The position numbers were made by a program, and so were the translations under genes. The notes under the pieces were generated by a model. It saw only the letters and a program-made list of their open reading frames with translations, was not told the origin of the DNA and searched no databases. This document shows, one piece after another, positions 21,634 to 32,467 of a stretch of 64,000 nucleotides of DNA; the first letter of the stretch is position 1, and each line of letters begins with the position of its first letter. Origin of the DNA: an uncultured Chloroflexia bacterium (GTDB taxonomy: Bacteria > Chloroflexota > Anaerolineae > Anaerolineales > UBA4823). The stretch is from assembly GCA_963797475.1 (NCBI GenBank), contig CAWCPR010000012.1:219195-283194 (forward strand). The letters run 5' to 3'.

Positions 21634-22638
21634 ATGAAAACGGCAGAAACAAGACCCACTTACCGAGATATTTTTCCATATCTCATCGACTTTTGGAAAA
21701 AAGCTCGCACCTCCCTGCGCTTGCTTACGACGATCGTTGCTCTACTGGTATTTTGGGGGATTTTCGCCTCGCTCTCCCCATACTTTCTCACCTGGAGCAA
21801 CTTTCTAAACATTTTGCTTCAAGCCTCAAACCTGACGACAATCGCTGTTGGTATGACCCTCGTCCTTATTTCAAAGCAGATCGATCTTTCGGTGGGTTCT
21901 GTAGAGGCCCTGGCGGGGAGTGTAATGGCGGTAATGATGGTTGTGGTTGGATTACCCATTGTACCGGCTATTTTGATCGGGCTTCTCGTTGGCGTCTTCG
22001 CCGGCTGGATAAACGGGGTATTGCACGTAGTTTTTGGCATCCCAACGTTCATTTCTACCCTTGGCATGCTGGGCATAGCCCGTGGGTTGGCGCTAATCTT
22101 AACTGCAGGTCGATCCATTTACGGTTTACCAGAAGGCTTTAAAGTGTTTGGCCAGGGACACGTCGGCGAAATACCCGTACCGATCATCATAGCCGCAGTA
22201 TGGGTTGCATTTGGATATTTTCTGCTAAACCATACCGTTTACGGCAAACACATCTACGCTATTGGAGGTGATGAACGTTCTGCCGCTTATGCGGGTGTTC
22301 AAGTAGCACGCACCAAGATCATCACAATGATTTTTTGCGCTCTGTCTGCTGCAATTGCCGGGTTGATCATTACCTCGAGATTGAACTCAGGCCAAGGGAC
22401 AATTGGAGAATTGGATCTATTGGATGGTATTGCCGCAGTAGTTATCGGGGGGACCGCGCTGAGCGGCGGCGTGGGAAGCATGGGTGGAACGGTCATGGGG
22501 GTTTTGACTATTGGATCAATCCGCAATGGGCTCAATATGCTGGGAGTTTCAGCTTTTTGGCAACAAGTCGCCATCGGAATCATCATCATCGGGGCTGTTA
22601 TTCTGGATCACTTGCAGAGGCGTTATGAAGAAAAGTAA
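21634..22638 (+). CDS. sugar ABC transporter permease
   Basis: IDLSVGS, IPTFISTLG, IAAVVIGGTALSGG; GAGGAG RBS before ATG 21634. Confidence 0.93.
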   Translation: MKTAETRPTYRDIFPYLIDFWKKARTSLRLLTTIVALLVFWGIFASLSPYFLTWSNFLNILLQASNLTTIAVGMTLVLISKQIDLSVGSVEALAGSVMAVMMVVVGLPIVPAILIGLLVGVFAGWINGVLHVVFGIPTFISTLGMLGIARGLALILTAGRSIYGLPEGFKVFGQGHVGEIPVPIIIAAVWVAFGYFLLNHTVYGKHIYAIGGDERSAAYAGVQVARTKIITMIFCALSAAIAGLIITSRLNSGQGTIGELDLLDGIAAVVIGGTALSGGVGSMGGTVMGVLTIGSIRNGLNMLGVSAFWQQVAIGIIIIGAVILDHLQRRYEEK

Positions 22639-22902
22639 TAAGGGTTGGGCGAATTTGGCGACCCCGCGGACCGCTGGCCAAAGGCCAGCGGCGGATGAAA
22701 AGAAATTAATAAAAATTGGAGGTGTTTATAAAGATACGAGTTATTAGATTTTCAAATACATCCAAATTGTAACAAACCAGCGATCGAGAATGATATTAGG
22801 AGGTAGGAAGGAGGCATACGCCTGGGCTTGTGTTTATATTTCTGGCAGATTTTGAAAAGAGATGACAATAATCTTCTTGTGATTCGAAGTAAGGAGGATC
22901 AA

Positions 22903-24819
22903 ATGAAGTCCAAATTTGGTCGCGTAATCCCTATGATCGTCACGCTGATGTTTTGTGGAGCATTGATCTTATCGGCTTGCGCCAGCCCCACTCAGACAGC
23001 AGCCCCTCCTGCAACACAGGCAGCGTCTGGTTCTGGCAACCAGACTGGCGGTGAGGTTTCAGGGTCGGGAGATATCCACATTGGGTATGCATCTGAGACA
23101 TTCAGCAACCCATTCTGGAACACGATCCGTACGCATGCCACGGCTGCCGCAGAGGAAAAGGGAGTGAAGCTGACGATGCTCGGGTCGGAAGACATTGCCG
23201 AGCAGGTGCGCAATGCCGAAGACTTGATCGAGCAGAAGGTGGATGTGCTGGTGCTGACCCCTTGGGATGCACAGGGCATTATTCCGGTGGTTGAGAAGGC
23301 GAATGCCGCCGGCATTCCGGTGATCACGGTAGACCAGACATCCGCTGGCGGGAAAGTGGAGACCTACATTGCCACCGACAACATCCTGGGGGGCAAACTG
23401 GCAGCGCAATGGCTGGCTGAGTCGCTAGGAGGCAAGGGTAAGGTCGCCATCCTGGAAGGCAAGCCCGGGTCGACCACCAACAATGATCGCCTGGACGGCT
23501 TCAATCAGGTCATCAAGAACTACCCAGGCATCGAAATCGTGGCCTCGGTGACCGCCAACTGGCGTCGTGACCAGGGCCTGGATGTGATGGGTGACATCCT
23601 CAACGGCAATCCGCAGTTGGATGGGGTCATGGCGCTCAACGACGAAATGGCCCTGGGCGCAATGGAAGCCATCAAGGCCGCCGGGCGCGAAGGTGAGATC
23701 CTGCTCGCAGGTTACAACGGTGCAGATGAGGCCATCCAGCAGGTCTACCAGGGGAACCTGGATGCCGACGTGCTGCAGTACCCAGAGCAGATGGGGCGCC
23801 TGCTGGTCGAGTGGGGGGTCGCTATTTTGAACGGCGAAACTCCTCCAGCGCGCATCAACCCTGGCGTCGGCATCGTGGATTCGACTAGCCTGCAGAAATC
23901 TGCTAAAGCAGTGAAAGGTGGGGGAGCGAGTGAACCTCCAGCCGGAGCCGCTTCAAGCGGTGATATCCATATTGGATATGCTTCCGAGACATTCAGCAAC
24001 CCATTCTGGAACACGATCCGTACGCATGCCACGGCTGCCGCAGAGGAAAAGGGAGTGAAGCTGACGATGCTCGGGTCGGAAGACATTGCCGAGCAGGTGC
24101 GCAATGCCGAAGACTTGATCGAGCAGAAGGTGGACGTGCTGGTGCTGACCCCTTGGGATGCACAGGGCATTATTCCGGTGGTTGAGAAGGCGAATGCCGC
24201 CGGCATTCCGGTGATCACGGTAGACCAGACATCCGCTGGCGGGAAAGTGGAGACCTACATTGCCACCGACAACATCCTGGGGGGCAAACTGGCAGCGCAA
24301 TGGCTGGCTGAGTCGCTAGGAGGCAAGGGTAAGGTCGCCATCCTGGAAGGCAAGCCCGGGTCGACCACCAACAATGATCGCCTGGACGGCTTCAATCAGG
24401 TCATCAAGAACTACCCAGGCATCGAAATCGTGGCCTCGGTGACCGCCAACTGGCGTCGTGACCAGGGCCTGGATGTGATGGGTGACATCCTCAACGGCAA
24501 TCCGCAGTTGGATGGGGTCATGGCGCTCAACGACGAAATGGCCCTGGGCGCAATGGAAGCCATCAAGGCCGCCGGGCGCGAAGGTGAGATCCTGCTCGCA
24601 GGTTACAACGGTGCAGATGAGGCCATCCAGCAGGTCTACCAGGGGAACCTGGATGCCGACGTGCTGCAGTACCCAGAGCAGATGGGGCGCCTGCTGGTCG
24701 AGTGGGGGGTCGCTATTTTGAACGGCGAAACTCCTCCAGCGCGCATCAACCCTGGCGTCGGCATCGTGGATTCGACTAGCCTGCAGAAATCTATACTTGC
24801 AATTGAGGGAATTGAGTAA
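22903..24819 (+). CDS. sugar ABC transporter substrate-binding lipoprotein with two tandem RbsB-type domains
   Basis: AAGGAGG RBS before ATG 22903, lipobox LSAC, and two copies of FSNPFW...IATDN...NDEMALGA. Confidence 0.92.
   Translation: MKSKFGRVIPMIVTLMFCGALILSACASPTQTAAPPATQAASGSGNQTGGEVSGSGDIHIGYASETFSNPFWNTIRTHATAAAEEKGVKLTMLGSEDIAEQVRNAEDLIEQKVDVLVLTPWDAQGIIPVVEKANAAGIPVITVDQTSAGGKVETYIATDNILGGKLAAQWLAESLGGKGKVAILEGKPGSTTNNDRLDGFNQVIKNYPGIEIVASVTANWRRDQGLDVMGDILNGNPQLDGVMALNDEMALGAMEAIKAAGREGEILLAGYNGADEAIQQVYQGNLDADVLQYPEQMGRLLVEWGVAILNGETPPARINPGVGIVDSTSLQKSAKAVKGGGASEPPAGAASSGDIHIGYASETFSNPFWNTIRTHATAAAEEKGVKLTMLGSEDIAEQVRNAEDLIEQKVDVLVLTPWDAQGIIPVVEKANAAGIPVITVDQTSAGGKVETYIATDNILGGKLAAQWLAESLGGKGKVAILEGKPGSTTNNDRLDGFNQVIKNYPGIEIVASVTANWRRDQGLDVMGDILNGNPQLDGVMALNDEMALGAMEAIKAAGREGEILLAGYNGADEAIQQVYQGNLDADVLQYPEQMGRLLVEWGVAILNGETPPARINPGVGIVDSTSLQKSILAIEGIE
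23071..24792 (+). repeat. ~831-bp direct repeat inside the second SBP gene (23071-23901 / 23962-24792)
   Basis: Offset 891 bp. A few synonymous differences, mostly in the first 25 bp, plus GAT/GAC near 23244/24135. Confidence 0.95.
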
Positions 24820-24907
24820 AACGCTACTATTGAGATGCAAGGTGTTGTTGCACCTTGCATCTCGCTCGAATTCGTTCCTGGAGAGAAATATCGTTGGAGA
24901 GAGGTCG

Positions 24908-25660
24908 ATGATGCAAGGTCAATATATCCTGGAAATGAGAAATATCCATAAACATTTCGGAGGCATAAAAGCTCTGAATGGCGTTGACCTGGAGCTCCGC
25001 TCTCAGGAAATCTTGGGCCTGGTAGGAGATAATGCGGCTGGAAAATCCACATTGATGAAGATCATAACTGGAGCATACAAGCCAGATGAAGGGGAGATTT
25101 TCTTTGATGGGGAACAAGTCCACTTTCATGATCCTTTGGTATCCAGGCGGGTTGGGATTGAAATGGTTTACCAGGATCTAGCGCTATGCCGAAATTTAGA
25201 TGTGACATCAAACCTCTTCCTTGCACGGGAAAAAACCCGATCTATGTTCGGCGGCTTCGTGAAGATTCTGAGCCAAGGGAAAATGCACCGGGAAGCGGCC
25301 GAGATTTTGGAGAACCTGAAAATCGATATTCCCAGCGTTCGCACAAAAGCTGGAAATTTATCGGGCGGTCAGCAGCAAGCGGTTGCGATCGGGCGCTCTA
25401 CCAGTTTTCATCCAAAATTGATTATCCTTGATGAGCCTACGGCTGCCCTGGCCCTAAAGGAAGTAGCCAAATGCTTGAAGCTCGTCGAGGAACTCCGGGA
25501 CCAGGGCATCTCAGTGATTTTGATCAGCCACCGCCTGGAGGATATCTTCGAGATTACAGATCGGATTATGGTTCTAAAGAACGGGGAACGGGTGGGCGTT
25601 TGGGATACCAATTCGTTGATACCGGATGAGGTGGTTCGTTATATGTTCATCGGTAAGTGA
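24908..25660 (+). CDS. sugar ABC transporter ATP-binding protein (single domain)
   Basis: GDNAAGKST, LSGGQQQ, DEPT, ISH. Confidence 0.93.
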   Translation: MMQGQYILEMRNIHKHFGGIKALNGVDLELRSQEILGLVGDNAAGKSTLMKIITGAYKPDEGEIFFDGEQVHFHDPLVSRRVGIEMVYQDLALCRNLDVTSNLFLAREKTRSMFGGFVKILSQGKMHREAAEILENLKIDIPSVRTKAGNLSGGQQQAVAIGRSTSFHPKLIILDEPTAALALKEVAKCLKLVEELRDQGISVILISHRLEDIFEITDRIMVLKNGERVGVWDTNSLIPDEVVRYMFIGK

Positions 25661-26938
25661 ATGGGTAAGGATTTGAGCATGAGCTTTACAGATTGGGTTA
25701 GAAGCAAATATATAAAAGTGCTAAGTGGCGGCCCGGCCCCTTATCAAGTGAATAATGACATCTATCATCGGTTTGATCAGCGGAATAACTTAACGGTCGG
25801 CAGGCCAAACTGGGATGAAAGTATTCGAGCTTTCACCCAAAAAGCGAAAGGCACCCGCATCAGGCATATCCGTGAAGGAAACGACGGATATCATCTGGAA
25901 GATTACAGCCTTTTTTTCTCTGCGGGAGCAGTGGCTTCGCGTCTTGGCACGAGCATAAATCAATCGAATCGAGGCTTGACTTCATGGACTTCGCTCGGGA
26001 AAGCTGCCGAAGAGGATATGGTGGCTCCGGACCTGCCTGATGATATTTCTCGATGGAGTGGTTCTCCCCAGGATGCCAGCCGTTTGATTAAAAGAGCTGC
26101 GAAGTTTTTTGGAGCAGATGTAGTTGGTATTGCGCCGTTAGATCCGCGCTGGATATTTTCACACGCCTATTGGATCGATGGATCCCATAAAGAAATTAAA
26201 TTTGAAGAGGTTGACGATCCGGCGGAGACAGAGCAGTGCTTGATTATCCCGCAAAAAATGAGATGGGTCATCATAATGGGGATGGCGATGAACTATGAAA
26301 CAATCGGCTTTGTACCGTCGCCAACTGGATGTGCGGAGACCCAAGCGACGTACAGCCGCATGGCATTTCTGGTGTCAGGAATGGCGGAATTCTTGAGGGG
26401 TATGAATTATCACGCGATTCCCTCCTTAAATGACCTGGGGCTGAATATTCCAATGGCGATTGGCGCAGGGTTGGGAGAGCAAGGGAGAAACGGAAAATTA
26501 ATTAATCCAATCTATGGGCCGAACATGCGCTTATGTAAGGTAATCACGGATTTGCCATTGGACAGAGATTACCCGATTTCGTTTGGGGTAAAGAAGTTTT
26601 GTGACCAGTGCAAGAAATGCGCCCAAAACTGCCCGGCGAAAGCGATCCCATTAGGGGAGCCTGCTTGGAGCGGATCGTCTATTTCAAATAACCCTGGGGT
26701 TTACACTTGGCATCTGAATAACGAGGCATGTAGGAAATACTGGGCGGCGGGCCCGGGTACGAATTGCACGGTCTGCATTCGTTCCTGTCCATTCACAAAG
26801 AATGCGGGGGCTTACCACGAACTTGTTCGTTTTTTCATAGGAAAGGTTCCTCGATTGAATCCGATATGGCGCTTATTTGACGATTTGTTGGGATATGGCG
26901 CTCAGATAAAACGACCATTTTGGTCAGAAGGAAATTGA
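25661..26938 (+). CDS. rdhA: reductive dehalogenase-like cobalamin/4Fe-4S protein lacking a TAT signal
   Basis: IKRAAKFFGADVVGIA, AGLGEQGRNG, TDLPL, FCDQCKKCAQNCP, CRKYW...CTVCIRSCPF. No RRxF twin-arginine leader and no adjacent rdhB. Confidence 0.82.
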   Translation: MGKDLSMSFTDWVRSKYIKVLSGGPAPYQVNNDIYHRFDQRNNLTVGRPNWDESIRAFTQKAKGTRIRHIREGNDGYHLEDYSLFFSAGAVASRLGTSINQSNRGLTSWTSLGKAAEEDMVAPDLPDDISRWSGSPQDASRLIKRAAKFFGADVVGIAPLDPRWIFSHAYWIDGSHKEIKFEEVDDPAETEQCLIIPQKMRWVIIMGMAMNYETIGFVPSPTGCAETQATYSRMAFLVSGMAEFLRGMNYHAIPSLNDLGLNIPMAIGAGLGEQGRNGKLINPIYGPNMRLCKVITDLPLDRDYPISFGVKKFCDQCKKCAQNCPAKAIPLGEPAWSGSSISNNPGVYTWHLNNEACRKYWAAGPGTNCTVCIRSCPFTKNAGAYHELVRFFIGKVPRLNPIWRLFDDLLGYGAQIKRPFWSEGN

Positions 26939-26942
26939 CCCG

Positions 26943-28126
26943 TTGAAAGAGAACGAAAAACGGTTTCGGGATCCAGTGACTGTTATGAGCTCACGCGAGC
27001 GGGTTCTGGGCGCGCTAGCTCACCAGGATCCAGATCGAGTTCCCCTGGATTTGGGGTCAACCAATGTTACCGGTATTAACCGTACGTCTTACGAGAACTT
27101 GAAGGCCTACTTGAATGTCAGCATTGGCGAAACGAAAATTTCCGACCGCGCTTCTCAATTGGTCGCCGTAGACGAGGAAGTGCTGGTGCGGCTGGGCATT
27201 GATACAAGAGGCGTCGCTCCCGGACTGCCTGATGCCTGCCCCCATATTGAATTCTTCAACGAAAACGCCTACCAGGATGAATGGGGAATTTTATGGAAGT
27301 CAACCCCGGATAGTGGCTCATACACTGTCGTGAACAGCCCTCTCGGTGGAGAGATATCGCTCATGGATATCATCAATTATCCATGGCCTGATCCTGCTGA
27401 TCCTGGACGCGCCCGTGGACTGAAGCAAAAGGTCCTTGATTTGAAAGCGCGTGGCGATTGGGCTATCGTTCTTTCACTTCCGAGCGACATTATTGCCAAG
27501 AGCATGCTGCTCAGGGGGGCTTATGATTGGTTTTTAGATTCGGCGGTAAATCAAACGCTTCTGTGCGCTCTATTAGACCAATTGACGGAAATCCAGTTGG
27601 CTATTTGTGAACTGATAATGAATGAAGTCGGGGATATTATCGATATTGCCTTTGGGTTTGACGATTTGGCAATACAGGATCGCTTGCTCGTATCGCCGAA
27701 AAATTATAAGCGTTTCCTCGAACCGAGATTAGCCAAATTTTATGAATTCGTTCAGGCCAAAACGAAAGCGAAAATCGTCCATCATACCGATGGCGCTGTG
27801 GAGCCGCTCTTTGAGAGCCTGATAGAAATGGGAATTGAGGCGATTAATCCCTTACAGGTATCTGCCAAAGGGATGAGTAATCTGCAGATGTTGAAGAAGA
27901 ATTATGGTCATAAACTGGCATTTTGGGGGGAATCGACACACAGCATGTCTTACCTTATAAAACGCAAGAGGAAGTAAGGGAATACGTCATTCGCTGCATC
28001 CAGGATCTAAACATCCATGGCGGTTATGTCCTCAGCGCCGTCCACAATATTCAGGAAGATGTTCCGCCTCAAAACATCGTTACCATGTTCGATGCCGTAA
28101 TGGCAAAGACGACATTTAAGGAGTAA
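26943..28126 (+). CDS. uroporphyrinogen decarboxylase / MtaA-CmuA methyltransferase family protein (frameshift in the G-run near 27925)
   Basis: SSRERV...PDRVP, DEWG, HTDG, INPLQ, then GGIDTQ...HNIQ.DVPPQNI in the next frame. Confidence 0.85.
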
Positions 28127-28129
28127 AAA

Positions 28130-29122
28130 ATGGAAACTGAAAATTATCTTGTTACCGGTGGAACAGGATGTATTGGCGCGTGGGTTGTCCGGAGTTTGGT
28201 GAAGCAAGGTTTTCCTGTAGTAGTACTGGACTACGACGGCGATTATCACCGCTTAGAGCTATTAATGGACAAAGACCAATTGAGCCAGATTAATTTTGTT
28301 ACTGGGGATGTGAAAGATTTAGAACTACTTTGCCGCATCCTATCCCAAAATTGTATTCACCGGATTATCCATTTAGCGGCTTTTCAACTGCCGTTCTGTA
28401 AAGCCAACCCACCCTTAGGGGCGCTGGTGAATGTTGTAGGTACAATCAATATCTTTGAGGCTGCCAGGCGGATGGGGCTTAGCCACGTTGTATATGCAAG
28501 CAGCGCCGCGGTCTATGGCCCAAAAGAATTTTATCCTGATGAATCAATAAAGCATGAGGCGTCTCTCCTCCCAAGCTCGCACTATGGGGTATATAAGCAG
28601 GCGAACGAGCTAAGCGCAAAAGTATATTGGCAGGAAAAATCCATCTCAAGCATTGGGTTACGGCCGCATGTTGTTTACGGTGCCGGCCGGGATCAAGGGA
28701 TGACCTCCACACCGACAAAAGCAATGTTAGCCGCCGCTGCTGGAAAAGCATACACAATTAGCTTTGGGGGAAGATATTGTTTCCAATACGGAGGGGATGT
28801 CGCGGCAGCTTTTATACGCGCCAGCCAAGTGGATTTTGATGGCGCGGAAGTATTCAATATTGGCGGCCCTGCAAGAAGTACTCTGGACATTATCAAGACA
28901 ATTGAGATTTTCGAACCAACTATGGCAGGTCAGATCAAGTTCGATGCGGTCACACTGCCCTTTCCGGAAGAATATGATAATGCACACCTTACACAAACCC
29001 TCGGCGAGTTTGAGCCAACCAGGCTTGAGGATGGAGTCGATGAAACAATCATGATCTTTAAAGAGGCCTTAAAGGATGGAAGAATTTCCGAAACCCAATT
29101 AGATAGTATTCTCGCCAAGTAG
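28130..29122 (+). CDS. NAD-dependent epimerase/dehydratase (extended SDR)
   Basis: VTGGTGCIG, IHLAA, YASS, YGVYK. Confidence 0.92.
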   Translation: METENYLVTGGTGCIGAWVVRSLVKQGFPVVVLDYDGDYHRLELLMDKDQLSQINFVTGDVKDLELLCRILSQNCIHRIIHLAAFQLPFCKANPPLGALVNVVGTINIFEAARRMGLSHVVYASSAAVYGPKEFYPDESIKHEASLLPSSHYGVYKQANELSAKVYWQEKSISSIGLRPHVVYGAGRDQGMTSTPTKAMLAAAAGKAYTISFGGRYCFQYGGDVAAAFIRASQVDFDGAEVFNIGGPARSTLDIIKTIEIFEPTMAGQIKFDAVTLPFPEEYDNAHLTQTLGEFEPTRLEDGVDETIMIFKEALKDGRISETQLDSILAK

Positions 29123-29154
29123 CTGCGCATAAAATTCATAAGGAGAGATAAACG

Positions 29155-29961
29155 ATGGATCCGCTTATTATCACAGCAACCCCAAACATCTGTTGGCTTC
29201 AACCTGAAGTTGAATATCCCCAAACCGTTGGCGGGCTTCTTGAAGAAGCGCTAAAGTGCGAAAAATCTGGTGCAAGCGTCCTGCATGTGCATGCAGAGAA
29301 TCGCTGGGCTGAGACAATTCGCTCCTTAAAAAGTACAACAGGCATGATCATACAATGTGGCATGTCGAGCCTGGAAATTAAAGATAGAATGGAAGTTTTC
29401 GAGCAGGAAGCGGACATGATCTCGGTGATCGCAAGTCATCATGATGAAGCATTCGCCGAGGTCGACACTCACGCGCTTCATCCACGAGAGGAACTCGAGG
29501 AATATGCCCGTCTGAGCAGAGAATATAACGTCCGGTTGGAATTTGAAATCTGGCACTTCGGCTCAATCTGGAATCTGAACTATCTGATTAAAAAGGATCT
29601 GATCGATTCGCCTTTTATCACAACACTGTTCTTTGGCTGGCCAGGTGGTACCTGGACACCGCCGACAATCCAAGAGTACCTCTATCGAAGAGAGTATATG
29701 CCCAAAGGGTCTGCCGTAACCGTCAGTGTGATGGGAAAGGAGCAGATTCAACTTCTCACCACTGCAATTCTCCTGGGCGACCACGTGCGCGCTGGAACGG
29801 AGGATTATCCCTACGGCAAGGATGGGAAAGTCGTCTCAACACATAAACTGGTTGAGGAAATTGCTCAAATTGCCCAGGCGATTGGAAGACAGGTCGCGAC
29901 CCCGGGCGAGGCCCGGAGGATCCTTGGCCTTGAACATTCTATTATCGAGGAACCGGTTTAG
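29155..29961 (+). CDS. beta-keto acid cleavage enzyme family (BKACE/DUF849)
   Basis: PLIITA, GASVLHVH, EFEIW, HVRAGTED, ATPGEARRILG. Confidence 0.85.
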   Translation: MDPLIITATPNICWLQPEVEYPQTVGGLLEEALKCEKSGASVLHVHAENRWAETIRSLKSTTGMIIQCGMSSLEIKDRMEVFEQEADMISVIASHHDEAFAEVDTHALHPREELEEYARLSREYNVRLEFEIWHFGSIWNLNYLIKKDLIDSPFITTLFFGWPGGTWTPPTIQEYLYRREYMPKGSAVTVSVMGKEQIQLLTTAILLGDHVRAGTEDYPYGKDGKVVSTHKLVEEIAQIAQAIGRQVATPGEARRILGLEHSIIEEPV

Positions 29962-30136
29962 GATGATTTATATTTCCAGGAGGTGAGAGGCACGTATGAG
30001 CAACAATAATTTGATATTCACAAACCCCATTTTCGCACAAGGTGAGCGCCGAAACTTCCCGGCAGTGCAATGCAGAAAGCATTTACAGTTGCATCAACAA
30101 AATATTGAGCCTTAGAGAGGCCGGACACATTCAAAT

Positions 30137-31219
30137 ATGGACGATGGAAAGGAAAAGACCATGGAACCCTATTTCTTGCGAGTTACCAAACAATCGCCGA
30201 CGATGTTTTGGATCAATAATCCAACCCGCACACAGGCGGACCTGGCCCTTGAAAATGGGGCTTTAGGCTGCACCAACAACCCATCCTACACCCAGAAAAT
30301 GATGGACAATGCTGAAGAGGGGGACTATGCCCTGGCGTTTCTGGATGAGACACTACAGGAGACCGACGACGACCGCCGGGCGGCGGTTATCTTCCAGCAA
30401 AAGCTGGTCAAGCCGATTGCCGAGAAGTTCTTACCGCTTTACCAAAAAACCAACGGTCAGCATGGATATGTCAGCATCCAGGGCGACCCGATCGATGATG
30501 AAGATGTTGACCTGATCGTCCGCGAGTCGCTGGATAACCGCCGGCTGGGCCCGAACATCTGCTGCAAAATCCCGGTCATCCCAGCTGGGATCCAGGCCAT
30601 GCGCGAACTGGTGCCTCAGGGAGTGCCGTTGAACGCCACGGAAGTGTTCGGCGTCAGTCAGATGATCACCATCTGTGAGACGTACGAGCAGATCTCGCGC
30701 CAAAGCGGAAAGATGCCCAAGTTCTACATGTCGCACATCGCCGGCATCTACGACGACTATCTGCACAACTATGTCAAAGAGCATGACGTGCAGATCTCGC
30801 CGGATGTCCTGCATCAGGCGGGACTGGCGGTGGCGCGCAAGGTCTACGACATCCTGATCGAGCGCGGCTACAACGCCACGTTCATCGGCGGTGGGGCACG
30901 CGGGCTGCATCATTTCACCGAGATGGTGGGCGGCAAGGTATGCATCACCATCAACTGGGAAGGCACGGCGGATAAGTTGTTAGCGGAAAACCCCCCGGTT
31001 GTTTACCGATTGTTTAATCCCGTTCCGCAAAAGGTCATTGACGAGTTGATGGAGAAACTGCCCGATTTCAAGCGCGGTTATCTGGAGGATGGGCTCAGCC
31101 TGGAAGAGTACGCTGAGTTTGGCCCGGTGCAGCTCTTCCGGAGCAGCTTTCTCAAGAGTTGGAAGCGGGTTTTGGGCTTGATCAAAGAGCGCCGGGCAGC
31201 GAAAGAGCTGGTTAGCTGA
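30137..31219 (+). CDS. transaldolase family protein
   Basis: FWINNP, GCTNNP, GYVSIQ, Schiff-base CKIP, LNATE. The start may be 30161. Confidence 0.8.
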   Translation: MDDGKEKTMEPYFLRVTKQSPTMFWINNPTRTQADLALENGALGCTNNPSYTQKMMDNAEEGDYALAFLDETLQETDDDRRAAVIFQQKLVKPIAEKFLPLYQKTNGQHGYVSIQGDPIDDEDVDLIVRESLDNRRLGPNICCKIPVIPAGIQAMRELVPQGVPLNATEVFGVSQMITICETYEQISRQSGKMPKFYMSHIAGIYDDYLHNYVKEHDVQISPDVLHQAGLAVARKVYDILIERGYNATFIGGGARGLHHFTEMVGGKVCITINWEGTADKLLAENPPVVYRLFNPVPQKVIDELMEKLPDFKRGYLEDGLSLEEYAEFGPVQLFRSSFLKSWKRVLGLIKERRAAKELVS

Positions 31220-31302
31220 GAAAACCGGATCAGAAGTTCTTCTCGAGGCAATGGAAGAAAGGTCAGGCGGCGATATGTGGTGATTTGGCTTTATCGAGAT
31301 CA

Positions 31303-31563
31303 CTATGTATCGCTGCTCTTGATATTCGCCCCATGCGAAGTCAATGCTTCGTTTTTATAGGTTTTCAGAATTGTGATGCATCCAGGTGCCGCCAGTTCTA
31401 AACACAGCTCGCAAAGCGTGCACTCATCCTCACGATCCGGCCGGGCAATAAGCTCGCCATTATCCAGTGCGAAGATATCAACGGGACACAAAGTGATAAG
31501 TTGGCGCGCCTGGTCGAGCGAGATTTTCTTGGGTTCGATCTCGATTTGAATAAAAACGCCCAT
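31303..31563 (-). CDS. 4Fe-4S ferredoxin-like protein
   Basis: LCPVDIF...ECTLCELC. Confidence 0.8.
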   Translation of the reverse strand: MGVFIQIEIEPKKISLDQARQLITLCPVDIFALDNGELIARPDREDECTLCELCLELAAPGCITILKTYKNEALTSHGANIKSSDT

Positions 31564-31564
31564 C

Positions 31565-32467
31565 TTACGTTGGTCCTATCAACTGGCGGACCAAACCAGG
31601 GATAGCAGAAACCTTGGGCGCCAGTTTGACACCCCCGGAAGTCAAGGCTGCCGCCTTAGCGGACGGGCTTCCCGATTCGCCTTCGACAATAGCCCCTGCG
31701 TGCCCGAAGCGCTGGCCCTGCATCCGGTCCGCAAAACGGCCGGCAATAAATGCGACCACTGGCAACCGGCTGGAGTGAGAGCGCAAGTGGTCGGCAAGTT
31801 TTTCCTCCATCACCCCGCCTGGCTCGCAAAAGAGCACCAGGCATCTGGTTTCAGGATCGGCTTCAAACAGCGGCAGTAAATCTAAAAAGGTTGTCCCGAT
31901 GATTGGGTCCCCTCCAATGCTGACGCAAGTGCTCTGGCCCAACCCGGCCTGCGTGAGCGAATTCGCGATCTCGGTGAGCATGCCACCGCTGCGGGAAATA
32001 AGCCCAATGGAGCCCGACGAATAAGCTCGTTGAGCATCCCGAGCGGCACCTCCGCACATCCCGGCCCGGCTTTTTCCGGGCGAGATAATCCCCAGGCTGT
32101 TAGGCCCGATCACGCGCGCTTCCAGGGCTGCTGCTTTCTCCAATATGGCGACCACATCACGGCGAGGGATGTGCTCCGTTATCAGGATCAGTAATTTGAT
32201 CCCCTGTTCCAAGGTTTCCCGAGCCGCGTCCAGCACGCGAGGTGGAGGCACCGCGATAATCGAGATGTCTACCGGCCCCCTCTGCACGACGGCCTCAACC
32301 GTATCAAACACCGGGATGCCATGGACATCACGTCCACCGCGGCCGGGCGTAACGCCAGCTACGATGTTTGCGCCATATTGCATCGATTCAAACGCAAAAG
32401 TGGCTGCCTCCCGTCCAGTGATACCTTGGACCAGGATGCGAGAGTCTTTTCTGACTAGAATCGCCAC
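31565..32467 (-). CDS. sucD: succinate--CoA ligase (ADP-forming) alpha-subunit-like
   Basis: VQGITG, IGPNSLG, SRSGG, SIGGD, phospho-His FGHAGA. Confidence 0.88.
   Translation of the reverse strand: MAILVRKDSRILVQGITGREAATFAFESMQYGANIVAGVTPGRGGRDVHGIPVFDTVEAVVQRGPVDISIIAVPPPRVLDAARETLEQGIKLLILITEHIPRRDVVAILEKAAALEARVIGPNSLGIISPGKSRAGMCGGAARDAQRAYSSGSIGLISRSGGMLTEIANSLTQAGLGQSTCVSIGGDPIIGTTFLDLLPLFEADPETRCLVLFCEPGGVMEEKLADHLRSHSSRLPVVAFIAGRFADRMQGQRFGHAGAIVEGESGSPSAKAAALTSGGVKLAPKVSAIPGLVRQLIGPT

Noticed and set aside
29996-30136. RBS plus short ORF before the transaldolase, faintly like a duplicated transaldolase N-terminus
   Set aside because: Too short and degenerate to call.
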